From: Microcoleus sp.
GTDB lineage: Bacteria > Cyanobacteriota > Cyanobacteriia > Cyanobacteriales > Microcoleaceae
Direction of reading: 5' to 3'
Length of the DNA: 64,000 nucleotides
NCBI GenBank assembly: GCA_052279835.1
Contig: CP181291.1
Location: 4,224,001-4,288,000 of the forward strand
Below, piece after piece: positions 33,322 to 43,079 of the stretch (within the stretch, counting starts at the first letter, position 1; each line of letters starts with the position of its first letter). The translations under genes and the position numbers were made by a program. The notes beneath the pieces were generated by a model, which was given only the letters and a program-made list of their open reading frames with translations, did no database searches and was not told where the DNA came from.

Positions 33322-36300
33322 TTATACAGTCTCAGTTACGCTTAACACTTCTCTTACCTTATTCAAAAAAGCCAGCGAATTAAAAATAGCACTACCACCA
33401 GCGTGAGTGAATTCAGATAAAGCACCAACTGAGTCATTGCCAATAATGCGATCGAACGGATCTAACTTGAGACTGATTTTTGGACGAGCTTCGTACCGAG
33501 AAAAGTGAAATATTGTCAAATAGTGCAGCAAAGTATCTTTGATTATACCATCATAAATCAAACCTTGACGAATATCTTCATCGTCTAGGATACCTTCATA
33601 AATATTCAATAGCGTCGAATAGGAAATCACTCCATTATAAAAGTTCTTATCCCCTTGTTCAACTTTAATCCCGTTAAACAAATTAAAAAACATAATAGCT
33701 TGTTTCCTCCTATCCACGAACAAATCGGCAAGCTCGGCTGTATCTTGAATATAAAAAGATTCTCCTCTATGCTGTTTGGGACTATGTACATAATATTTAT
33801 CAAAAAATATTGGATAAATTCTAACATCTTCCCGTTCTCCTTTCAAAACTTGGATGATATCTTTCGACATAAAAAATAATTTATCATCTGCATCATTTTG
33901 AGTAATATGCAGCGTATTCGTATAAGGTGCTTGAGACATATATAAAAAATTTCTATAGCCTCGATTATATAACTGACTGACAATATCTGCCAGAATTAAC
34001 GGCTGAGTATAAAGACGCTGAAGGCTATAGTTTTCTGAAAAAGTTTTCAGCATTCCCACCTGAATAGTACCATCTTCGTAGCGCCTGATTCCGGTGACTT
34101 CGCCAAACAAGCAGGTTTTTCTGCGATCGCGCCTCCCGCCATTTTTCCCATCGCTATCCCTAGTCGATACTGTAATAATCGCTAAATTATCCAATTCAGG
34201 AGATAACTGTACATTGTTAAATCGAAAATTTTTAGGCAGGATTGAATACAGGGAGCTTAAACCATTTTTGGCTGTCAAATGATACTTGTCACCCAGAATG
34301 CGAAATCCTTGGGAATTGGCTCGATGTTTTTCGCTCAAAATGTGACATAATACTTTAGAAAAATGTCCGATAAACTTTTCCGAAGGGGAAGGATTTTCGT
34401 GGTAGCCTTCGTGAAGTCTTACCATCGGCACAAATAAATTATTGGGTAATTTTTGTAATAAGATTTTGAGGGCAATATATGACATCAGCGAAATAGCAAA
34501 CTTGTAAACAAAAGTTGCTTGTCTTTGGAAGCCTCCATTGCTGTCTAAACGTCGGTTGTTGTAGGGAAAAACCACGGATTTATGCTGAAAACTTTTATAA
34601 AAAACATCTCTAGAGCGATCGGCTTTAGGAATCCAAAACACTGGTAAAGCCTGAATACCTTTGATATTATATTCCATGCTGAAACTTTGGGATTCATCAG
34701 TTGGGAAATACCGAACATCTTCAATCTGAATATTGACCGGAAATTGACAAATTGAGCTGTGATTAAAATTAGGTTTTTCCACAGAAATATACTGAAGCGT
34801 TTCCTTGGGATTGCGCCCCACAACCTCCTTGAAAAATTTTCCGGTTGTCAAGGTACGATCTATATTTTCAAGTAAACCTTTTTTAATCAGAATCTGCCGC
34901 GATTCTGTGCGAGATGATAGAACATTTTTATCTAAGATTGATTTTTGCAGCAATTGCTTGAGACAGTTAATTTTATAATCGACATTAATTTCTTGAAAAC
35001 GCTTAAAAAAATTGCGAAAAAGCACCTTTTTATGCTCTTCGTTAGAACTTTGCAATATCGGCAAAACTACTCGCTCAAATCCTGCGATCGGATCGTATTC
35101 TAATTCTAATTCTGGGTTGTAATCGGCTGCTAGGGGGTTTTGAGATGATGCAAAGACAAAGTGATACAAAAATGCTGTTTTTAATGCTTTGCGGAAGAAG
35201 GTTTCATGATTGGCTGGTTCCTCCAAGGCGACGAGATGTTCATCGCTGTTGGGATTTAACACATTCAAATAGTAGTCGAATACTCGATCTCCTCCCCGCG
35301 ATTGCACAGGATTGCCAAACTTGAGTTTGAGGCCAAAAATAAATTGGCGATCGCCCCCAGCATCATCCGTAGTTTCTCCTAGACTACCTGCTATAATCGG
35401 AATAATCGGAAGACTATCGAAAGCTTCCGATCGGGAAAACATATCTTTGTAATTAACCGGAGTTTCCTGATAGCTAACCAAGTAATCGCCATCAGCTTTA
35501 TTGGTATCACTGATATATCCTTCTATTAACCTCAGACGGCGGATTAAATCTTGGAGATAAATCAAACCACGCCTATTTTCTGTAGTTGAATCAATATTTT
35601 CTAAAAGATACTCCAAGTAACTAATTTTCGCTTCTTTTTTCAGTTGTCCCAGAGTTTCCCGATCCACAACTCTAACCAGTCGGTGAAAATCAGAATTTTC
35701 ATTTTGCACCATTTCCTCAAGCAGGAAATTAAGTTCTTCCTTCTCCTCTTGATTCTGAGCATTTCCAGCAATATAATTCTTTAAGCCAGCTTTCAACTCT
35801 TCTTGAAAAATATCTACATTGCGGACAGAAATAGTTACTTTATGAAACTTTAGCAGCGAATCACATTCAGAATCCAAACATTCCAGACTCAGCTTCTGTT
35901 TCTGCAAATCCTCATAACAATTATCAAAATCATACTTTAAACCTAACTGAGTTCCCTTACCTTTAAAAGACTCTAGCGGACTAATTAAACTAACTACAAA
36001 CTTGTCAAGTGTAACATTATCTCCCACAGCAGATTGTAATTGTTGGCGCAAACAAGCCTCTACTTCCCTAACTTGACTCCGAAAGCGCACCTCAACTTCC
36101 GGCACAAAATTCACCGTGGCAGAATCTGCTTGATTTTCACAATTACCCAAAGGATTTTGTACTTCTTTACAAGTAGCGACTTGATTAGCGAGGGTGTCAA
36201 TATCTATTAGCAAGCGTTTGCGATCGCCCGAAATGCTAAACGGGTTATTTCCCTGCAAAACTTCTAAAATCTTGTCCAGCAAATCGCCATAATCTACCGT

Positions 36301-36357
36301 GACTAAATCGCTATCATCTAATCTTAAAACGTTCACCCTGTCAACCCCCGATTTCAT
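33322..36357 (-). CDS. Large hypothetical protein, paralog of 39980-43006; putative divergent MID-PIWI (Argonaute-like) C-terminus
   Basis: 1011-aa ORF; colinear conserved blocks shared with the paralog; ATGA overlap with the upstream helicase gene. Fold call is inference. Confidence 0.6.
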   Translation of the reverse strand: MKSGVDRVNVLRLDDSDLVTVDYGDLLDKILEVLQGNNPFSISGDRKRLLIDIDTLANQVATCKEVQNPLGNCENQADSATVNFVPEVEVRFRSQVREVEACLRQQLQSAVGDNVTLDKFVVSLISPLESFKGKGTQLGLKYDFDNCYEDLQKQKLSLECLDSECDSLLKFHKVTISVRNVDIFQEELKAGLKNYIAGNAQNQEEKEELNFLLEEMVQNENSDFHRLVRVVDRETLGQLKKEAKISYLEYLLENIDSTTENRRGLIYLQDLIRRLRLIEGYISDTNKADGDYLVSYQETPVNYKDMFSRSEAFDSLPIIPIIAGSLGETTDDAGGDRQFIFGLKLKFGNPVQSRGGDRVFDYYLNVLNPNSDEHLVALEEPANHETFFRKALKTAFLYHFVFASSQNPLAADYNPELELEYDPIAGFERVVLPILQSSNEEHKKVLFRNFFKRFQEINVDYKINCLKQLLQKSILDKNVLSSRTESRQILIKKGLLENIDRTLTTGKFFKEVVGRNPKETLQYISVEKPNFNHSSICQFPVNIQIEDVRYFPTDESQSFSMEYNIKGIQALPVFWIPKADRSRDVFYKSFQHKSVVFPYNNRRLDSNGGFQRQATFVYKFAISLMSYIALKILLQKLPNNLFVPMVRLHEGYHENPSPSEKFIGHFSKVLCHILSEKHRANSQGFRILGDKYHLTAKNGLSSLYSILPKNFRFNNVQLSPELDNLAIITVSTRDSDGKNGGRRDRRKTCLFGEVTGIRRYEDGTIQVGMLKTFSENYSLQRLYTQPLILADIVSQLYNRGYRNFLYMSQAPYTNTLHITQNDADDKLFFMSKDIIQVLKGEREDVRIYPIFFDKYYVHSPKQHRGESFYIQDTAELADLFVDRRKQAIMFFNLFNGIKVEQGDKNFYNGVISYSTLLNIYEGILDDEDIRQGLIYDGIIKDTLLHYLTIFHFSRYEARPKISLKLDPFDRIIGNDSVGALSEFTHAGGSAIFNSLAFLNKVREVLSVTETV

Positions 36358-39300
36358 ATTTCCTTAGACAAAACCAAATTGAGTACATTCAACTCATTGG
36401 AACTCAAAAGATACTTATCGGTAAATATCTTTGCCCTAATCTGTTCTAAACTGTAGCTTCTAAACACAACAAACGGGAAATCTTGATATTTATCTCCTAT
36501 AGGCAAAACATTACCAACAGGATACAGCGCTTGAATGTATTGAGTCAAGATATTTCTAAAATCTTGATATTTCTGTTCTTGGGGGTTACTAGCAAAATAT
36601 TCCCTGAATACTTCCCCAGCAATAAACGCAAATAATGGTAAGGCATAATACCGATCCTTGCGCTGACTGCTTTGCTCAAATCTCTGTGTCTTATCAACAG
36701 AGTTTGTTAGTTCTTTTACTAACTCCATGGCATCTTTAATCGCAAATTGTAAAGTCTCTGAATAAGCACTACCATAACTAATTATCTGCATATTATGCCA
36801 AAGTTCACTATTAGCATTTTTGGCTATTTTCACCAGAGGCATAATGTAGGTTTCCTCTAAGGTGTGCGATGCAATCGGTACAACTAACAAACCGCCACTC
36901 ATATATCCCAATTCCAAGTTATTAAGGTTCAATAACTTATCGAAACCTTCACTTACTAACTTAGAAAATTCATTGTTAAAGAAATCGCGCTGCGAAAGGT
37001 ATGAAGTCTGAGATTTACTATTAGACTCAACATTCTCTCTCAGTGTAAAATCAGCTTGACCGAGTAAATCTTCTAGACTATTATAGACCTGTGGTAAACG
37101 CCGATCGCTCCTATTCTTCCTGTGTTCGCTTTTCAACTTATCGATTAAGTTTTTCATTTGGGATGAGAATGTTTCACCAGCAGCAAACACAGACTTACCG
37201 CCGATGGGTATGATGATAAACTTATCTGAACCAATTTGCCCGCAACCATAAATTCGCGTCATTATAGATGCTTTCAAAACCAACAGGATATTTAAAATAC
37301 TCAGTTTACTTTCCTGTATCGATATCTCTTTATTATCTTCAAAATACACTACCCGATCGCCTAAATAGAAAATCAATTCTTTATCTTGATTATCAATCTC
37401 ATCCTTTCCGCGCCCCCGATAAATTACCTGAATCAATTCCATCAGGTTTTTCTCTATTTCAAACTTGGGAATTTCAACTAGAATGTGTTTAGCCTTGGGA
37501 AAAGATAGCCCACGACTGCCTGAAGCAGTCATAAATACTACTTTCACATTCTCTTTGCATTTTTGAACTAACTCTTTTTCTTCCTCACCAATATTAGCGT
37601 GTATTTCTATATAATCCGTTCCTTTATGAAACTCACCTCGATGCCCTCTAATCTTCTCTATCAAATTACCCAGCTTTTGTTTATCTTGAATATAAACTAT
37701 CAGTTGTTCAACATCGGATCGTTTTAAGAGAGCTTCTATATCCTGTAATATTTCGCCTTGTATTTCCTTAGTTAAATCAGTCTCTTTATCTAGCAAAGCA
37801 TCTTCATTAAATTTACAAGATTCAATAAAAACTTTGTATGTAATGCTTAAACTTTTGGCAGGATACGAGTTAGTATTAATCAGAGTTGAATCAGTACCTA
37901 GGAAATTAAAATGCTCCACCGACAGAGGCAAACCTGGATTTTTAGCTTTGCGAAAATAGATTTTATCCGGTTCCGCAGAGGTATCGCTTAAGTGTTGGCT
38001 AATTACAGCCTTGTCAACGATAGAAGCATCTGCAACAATCACCTTTGTATTAAACCCGTGAGCATTATTTTTCAATCCATAGGTGTTTAGGATATCATTG
38101 ATGCCATTTAAGAATTCGACACCTCCTTCGTCTCCCGTAATCTCATCGATCATGATAAACAAATGCTTGATGCGACTGGAGATGTCTTTCATGCGATCGG
38201 GAATAACTGTATTTGTACTTTTTATGTAAGCATTCCTAAAAATTTTCTCAAAATGTTTTAACGTATTCCCTGCATCAGTATTCTTCAAAGCTTGGATGGA
38301 AACAGTGGCGACAATGTTGTTGGAATGTTTAGTATCGATCAGGGTAGAAATGGCTTCACAAATGCTGTTAAGTACGCCCTTAGTATTCTGTCCACGATCT
38401 TCAATTACATTTTCTGTTTGTCTCTGGAGTCGGTCCGATCGCCTACCTTGACGCCTACTTTCTCTGCTATCTTGAAACCGAACAGCCTGCAATGGAAACT
38501 CTCCCTGCTGCTGATTCGAGAGATACTGCACAGTACATTTATGCCCGCTATCTTTAATTAGGTCGCTATAAGTGTTAATTGCTAATATTTTGTCATTGCA
38601 TAAATCGTCAGTACCAGGGTTTTTGAACTTGTCGATAATATCTAGATTCACCTGTTTCCTTGGACTGACATAAAAGAACAGAAATCCATCGTCTACATGG
38701 GCTGTGAGAAAATCGGCGATCGCAGTCGTCTTCCCAATACCCGGATTGCCAGTCAAAAAGATATAAGTAGCAGCAGATTCTAGAGCTTTTTTAATAAGTT
38801 CAGCGTGAGCATTCCGCAGAGTCAAAGTTCCACTTAATCCTAACTGCTGCATCAATTCATCCGGCACAATTCCCACTGAGTTGACAAAACCCTCAAGTCG
38901 CTCTGTGTGGCGCACCACATTGATTTTATCGGCCGACATTGCTAATATGTCATCAACAAACTTTTTGCCGCGATCGAAGCTGTGGTAAGCACTCCGCTTG
39001 ATTTTATTTAAAACTAGCTTGCGAGCATCCGCGATTTCTTCAGGACTAGAATCATGCTTATAAATTAGGTGACAAGTTTTCAAAACATCTAAATTTTCGG
39101 GACGGATAGACATAGCGCTAATTCCGCGATCGCTATATCCTACTGCATTAAATATTAGTGGCGAATCATCAGCAAGTATCCCAGTTTTTCGGAGAAATTG
39201 ATAAAAACTATAAGCATAACCACCAGCTTGAATTAACTTAGCACTCTCCTTATCCTCATATTTAAAAGCAGTAAAATAACTCTTCAAACCTTCCGAAAAA

Positions 39301-39983
39301 TGGACATCACAACTGTCAGTATCTATACGAAGTTTAGAAAACACACTTTTCGATCGCAAATAGTTCATATCTCGTCTCAAAGAACGTCTGATAATCTCTA
39401 AATAATCCAGATTTGTCACATCCTCAGATGTCCTAATCGAAAACACCGACAAATCTACACACAGAATCCTAAATTGCCTACGATATCGCAGTAATATTAG
39501 AGTGTCCGCTTTTAGAAACTCGCCTGTCTGCGTGTAATCTTCAATATACTGAGAAATATTTTTAATCTGGTCAAATTGAGACAGAACTTCTCCACACCAC
39601 TGTCTCTCACCCTTATCGTAAGTGCCAATACTGTTATTACCACAAAAACAGGATTGGTAATACAATATTTCCAAACGTCGTAGTTTATTTGTCTCATTCC
39701 AACCTGTAGATTGTAGGTATTCTCGAAAAAAATTTAAACCTGATAGAAAGCCTTTTTGTAGAAAAAATACACTCCACTTTTCAGCCATCTTTCTTTCCAG
39801 AGGACTGGTTATTTTATCAGTAACTTTCCTCAGCATCCTCGGAAATTCTAACTTCTGCAATTCCTGGAGGTATAAATTTTGAAAGTTATGCTTAATTTGC
39901 TTCTCTTTAATGCAAGCAAGAATCCCAATATTAAACCCAACTTCAAACAAATGCCCCAAATCTACTGCTATCTGAGATTTCAT
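36354..39983 (-). CDS. SF2 helicase with putative N-terminal PD-(D/E)xK-like nuclease domain
   Basis: Motifs I TGNPGIGKTT, Ia YVSPRKQVN, II IMIDEITG, III VADAS, IV LIVYIQDK, V MTASGSRGLSFP, VI QVIYRGRG. N-terminal AD...VDLS...QAGGY. Confidence 0.75.
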   Translation of the reverse strand: MKSQIAVDLGHLFEVGFNIGILACIKEKQIKHNFQNLYLQELQKLEFPRMLRKVTDKITSPLERKMAEKWSVFFLQKGFLSGLNFFREYLQSTGWNETNKLRRLEILYYQSCFCGNNSIGTYDKGERQWCGEVLSQFDQIKNISQYIEDYTQTGEFLKADTLILLRYRRQFRILCVDLSVFSIRTSEDVTNLDYLEIIRRSLRRDMNYLRSKSVFSKLRIDTDSCDVHFSEGLKSYFTAFKYEDKESAKLIQAGGYAYSFYQFLRKTGILADDSPLIFNAVGYSDRGISAMSIRPENLDVLKTCHLIYKHDSSPEEIADARKLVLNKIKRSAYHSFDRGKKFVDDILAMSADKINVVRHTERLEGFVNSVGIVPDELMQQLGLSGTLTLRNAHAELIKKALESAATYIFLTGNPGIGKTTAIADFLTAHVDDGFLFFYVSPRKQVNLDIIDKFKNPGTDDLCNDKILAINTYSDLIKDSGHKCTVQYLSNQQQGEFPLQAVRFQDSRESRRQGRRSDRLQRQTENVIEDRGQNTKGVLNSICEAISTLIDTKHSNNIVATVSIQALKNTDAGNTLKHFEKIFRNAYIKSTNTVIPDRMKDISSRIKHLFIMIDEITGDEGGVEFLNGINDILNTYGLKNNAHGFNTKVIVADASIVDKAVISQHLSDTSAEPDKIYFRKAKNPGLPLSVEHFNFLGTDSTLINTNSYPAKSLSITYKVFIESCKFNEDALLDKETDLTKEIQGEILQDIEALLKRSDVEQLIVYIQDKQKLGNLIEKIRGHRGEFHKGTDYIEIHANIGEEEKELVQKCKENVKVVFMTASGSRGLSFPKAKHILVEIPKFEIEKNLMELIQVIYRGRGKDEIDNQDKELIFYLGDRVVYFEDNKEISIQESKLSILNILLVLKASIMTRIYGCGQIGSDKFIIIPIGGKSVFAAGETFSSQMKNLIDKLKSEHRKNRSDRRLPQVYNSLEDLLGQADFTLRENVESNSKSQTSYLSQRDFFNNEFSKLVSEGFDKLLNLNNLELGYMSGGLLVVPIASHTLEETYIMPLVKIAKNANSELWHNMQIISYGSAYSETLQFAIKDAMELVKELTNSVDKTQRFEQSSQRKDRYYALPLFAFIAGEVFREYFASNPQEQKYQDFRNILTQYIQALYPVGNVLPIGDKYQDFPFVVFRSYSLEQIRAKIFTDKYLLSSNELNVLNLVLSKEI

Positions 39984-42900
39984 GACTGCGTACCTCCCGT
40001 TGGTGCATTTAAGACTTCTTTAACTTTGGTTAAAAACGCCAACGCATTAAACTCTGCAACCCCTCCCATATGCTTATACAAAGATAGTTTACCTACAGAT
40101 TGATCTCCTATCAAATTTTCATAAGGATCTAATTTAAAACTAATTTTAGCGTTTTTACCGCTTTCTTTTTCGTAACGAGAAAAGTGGAACAAAGTCAAAT
40201 ACTGCAAAATGTCATTTTTTAATTGAGTATCGTCAATTAATCCTTGATAAATATGTCTATCGTCCAGTATATCTTTATAGATATTCAACAAAGTAGCATA
40301 GGAAATCACCCCCCGATAATTGCGTTCTGCCTCTGCGCCTACCACCAGTCCATTAAACAGGTTGAAAAATACAATGGAGCGCTTGCTTGGGTCTTTTACT
40401 AAAGCTGTCAACTCCAGCGTATCTTGAATGTATAAAGAATTTACCACCAATTTTTCTGATAATTTGACTGCATAGTATTTATCAAAAAACATCGGGTAAA
40501 TCTTGATATCGTCGTAGTTTTCTTTGAAATATGCAATCACATCTTTCGACATGAAAAATAAAGCATCCTCTTTTTGTGTCATGTGCAAGGTGCTAGAATA
40601 GGGGGCTTTGGCAATGTAGAGAAAGTGCCTGAATCCCAATTTGTAAACTTTCCCTATTTCATCCCGCACCACAGTAGGTTCTTTAAACATCTGTTCGTGT
40701 TCGTAGGTTTCCGAGAAGGTTTTGAGCAATTGTAGCCGGACAGAACCATCTTTTTGACGAATTGCTCCGACAATTTCTCCCTGCAAATTCGACAGTTTTT
40801 GCTCGCTATTCCACCTAGCATCGCTCTCACGACTGGAAACTATAACTATAGCGAGTTTGTCCAGTTCCTTTGGAGCATCCGACGGGTTGGTAAAAGTAAA
40901 CTTTTTAGGCAACACAGAATACAGAGAACTCATCACATTAGGAGCTTTGTATTCTATATTCCTGATATCAATACCTTGAGAATTAGAGCGATGTTCTTCA
41001 TTGAGTAAATGCGATAACCTTTTAGATAAAGAACGCATGAACTCTTCTACTGGTGAATCTGACTGTTGATTGCTCAGTTGCAGGCGCAGTATGGGAATGA
41101 ATAATCTACTTTGCTTTTGCAACAACAACTTGAGGCAAGTATAGGCAAGTAAATCGAAGGTAAACCGATATACAAAAGTTTTTTTTGCATCCCATTTATT
41201 GCTAGCTAGACTATAGGTGAATTCGACTAGCTTGCGCTGTTGATAAAATCGATTGTATACTGCCGTACACTGCTGCTCATTTGGTCTTATCAGCACTGGC
41301 AGAGCTTTTACACCTGTGACATCATACTCCATACTGAAGCTTTGCAGGTCGTCAGTGGCAAAATAATGAACATCACTAATTGCGATTTTAGCTGCGAGAG
41401 TACATAGGGAATTTTCAGTAGCCTTTGCTGGACTAATAGCTATATATTTTAATACTTCTTTGGGCTTGGTTCGTAGCTCAGGCTTAAAGAATGTAGAGTT
41501 CGTAGAAATAGTTTTCATGCTATCCTCTAAAATGCTTTTTCTGACCGAAATGTGAAGCGGAAATTCTTTCGGTAAATGCTTGTGTTTCAGAAGTTTTTGT
41601 AGGAGATGCTTGAGCGTGTCTATTTTAGACGCAATATTATATTGTTCAAAACCTCTTTTGATCCCTCGCAAAAGTTTTTGCTTTGCTGCTTCATCAGACT
41701 CGTTGAAGGTTTTTAATACTTTTTCCTCAAATCCTGGAATTGGATCGTATTCTAAGTCTGAATTAACTGTATAATCTTTTACTGACGGGTCTTTCCCAGC
41801 AAAAATAAAGTAGTATAAAAATACTAACTTCAATAACTTTCTCGCAAAAATCTCTTTTCTAGTAGGGTCAGCAAGTTCGGCTTTGTGTTCCTCACTTTCT
41901 GGATCAAGCAGATTGAGATAATACTCAAAGACTGTTTTGCCACCATAGGCTTGTACTTGGTTGTTAAACTTGAGTTTGAGTCCAAAAACAAACTGGATAT
42001 CTCCTTTATTTTCGTCTTTTGTTTCTCCTAAATATCCTTCTATTTTGGGAATAATCGGTAGCATATCGAAGGATTCAGCACGAGCAAAAGCATCTCGGTA
42101 GTTCAAGTCAGTGCCGGCATAGTTAACCGAGTAATGACCGTCGCCGTTTTTGAGATTGCCGATATATTCGTCAATCAGCTTGAGACGCCGGATTAGGTCT
42201 TTTAAATAAATTATGCCCTCAGTATTGGACGGGTTATTGTTTGTGCTAAGGTTGTCTTCCAGAAATTCTAAGTAACATATCTGTGCCTGTTTTTTGAGTT
42301 TGCCGATTGTTTCTGTATCTACAATTTCTTTGATCTTGTAAAAGTCTGATTTAGGATCTTCTTCTAAATCTTGAAGAATGAAATCTAAGTCTTCTCGCTG
42401 GCTGTCACTAGCGCTAGCAAACTGAGATTTGATATAATTTTCTAAGCCTTGTTTGAGTTCGGTATTAAATGTGCTGGTTTTACCAACGGTGATAGTTAGT
42501 TTATGAAATTTTAGCAGTTCTTTGCTGCTAGGATTTTTTGTGATACTTAAGCGCTGCTTTTGCAACCCTGAATAGTTGCCAAAGGGATAGCTAAAGTCTA
42601 ATTTGGCAGAATTACTTTTAAAATGTTGCAAATCTGTAATTAAGTTAGCAACAAACTGTTCGATCGCAAGCTGTTGATTTTCTTGCTTAATAGCTGACTC
42701 TAGTCGAGCTTTTAAACTGTTTTTGATTTTGGTAATTTGACTTGGAAATCGTTCTCTGAAACCGGGAGTAAAGTTGACTGTGGCAGTACGAGCACCGCGT
42801 TGGGAAGCGCCTAAAGGATTTTCTACTCCCAAACCTGCGACTGCTTCGGCGATGCTGTCAATGTCGATGAGTAGCCGATCGCCATTACCATGTATCTTAA

Positions 42901-43006
42901 AAGGATTATGAGTCGGCGACTTCTCTAAAATTGCTAAAATCTTATCCAATAAGTCACTAAAGTCAACCGCAACTAAATCCGTATCAGCCGTTGTTAGGGT
43001 ATTCAC
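39980..43006 (-). CDS. Large hypothetical protein, paralog of 33322-36357; putative divergent MID-PIWI (Argonaute-like) C-terminus
   Basis: GTG start at 43006 with SD GAGGAGG upstream (the ORF track starts at 43024); ATGA overlap with the helicase gene. Fold call is inference. Confidence 0.6.
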   Translation of the reverse strand: MNTLTTADTDLVAVDFSDLLDKILAILEKSPTHNPFKIHGNGDRLLIDIDSIAEAVAGLGVENPLGASQRGARTATVNFTPGFRERFPSQITKIKNSLKARLESAIKQENQQLAIEQFVANLITDLQHFKSNSAKLDFSYPFGNYSGLQKQRLSITKNPSSKELLKFHKLTITVGKTSTFNTELKQGLENYIKSQFASASDSQREDLDFILQDLEEDPKSDFYKIKEIVDTETIGKLKKQAQICYLEFLEDNLSTNNNPSNTEGIIYLKDLIRRLKLIDEYIGNLKNGDGHYSVNYAGTDLNYRDAFARAESFDMLPIIPKIEGYLGETKDENKGDIQFVFGLKLKFNNQVQAYGGKTVFEYYLNLLDPESEEHKAELADPTRKEIFARKLLKLVFLYYFIFAGKDPSVKDYTVNSDLEYDPIPGFEEKVLKTFNESDEAAKQKLLRGIKRGFEQYNIASKIDTLKHLLQKLLKHKHLPKEFPLHISVRKSILEDSMKTISTNSTFFKPELRTKPKEVLKYIAISPAKATENSLCTLAAKIAISDVHYFATDDLQSFSMEYDVTGVKALPVLIRPNEQQCTAVYNRFYQQRKLVEFTYSLASNKWDAKKTFVYRFTFDLLAYTCLKLLLQKQSRLFIPILRLQLSNQQSDSPVEEFMRSLSKRLSHLLNEEHRSNSQGIDIRNIEYKAPNVMSSLYSVLPKKFTFTNPSDAPKELDKLAIVIVSSRESDARWNSEQKLSNLQGEIVGAIRQKDGSVRLQLLKTFSETYEHEQMFKEPTVVRDEIGKVYKLGFRHFLYIAKAPYSSTLHMTQKEDALFFMSKDVIAYFKENYDDIKIYPMFFDKYYAVKLSEKLVVNSLYIQDTLELTALVKDPSKRSIVFFNLFNGLVVGAEAERNYRGVISYATLLNIYKDILDDRHIYQGLIDDTQLKNDILQYLTLFHFSRYEKESGKNAKISFKLDPYENLIGDQSVGKLSLYKHMGGVAEFNALAFLTKVKEVLNAPTGGTQS

Positions 43007-43044
43007 TCTGCAACCTCCTCGCACCGCTTGATAACTTATGCAAT

Positions 43045-43079
43045 TGGGCTATGATAGCCCATATTGATTTATTAGTCAA
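43045..43079 (-). promoter_or_regulatory. Sigma70-like promoter of the three-gene operon with overlapping palindrome
   Basis: TTGACT (43079-43074), 17-bp spacer, TATCAT (43056-43051); palindrome TGGGCTAT-G-ATAGCCCA (43045-43061) covers the -10. Confidence 0.55.

Noticed and set aside
36354..39983. Cas3, type I/III restriction subunit or DISARM/BREX helicase
   Set aside because: No HD domain, cas genes, methyltransferase, PglZ or specificity subunit nearby, and the flanking genes do not resemble those systems.
43007..43024. ORF-track start for the first operon gene
   Set aside because: This stretch contains the SD GAGGAGG for the GTG at 43006, which also aligns with the paralog's N-terminus.
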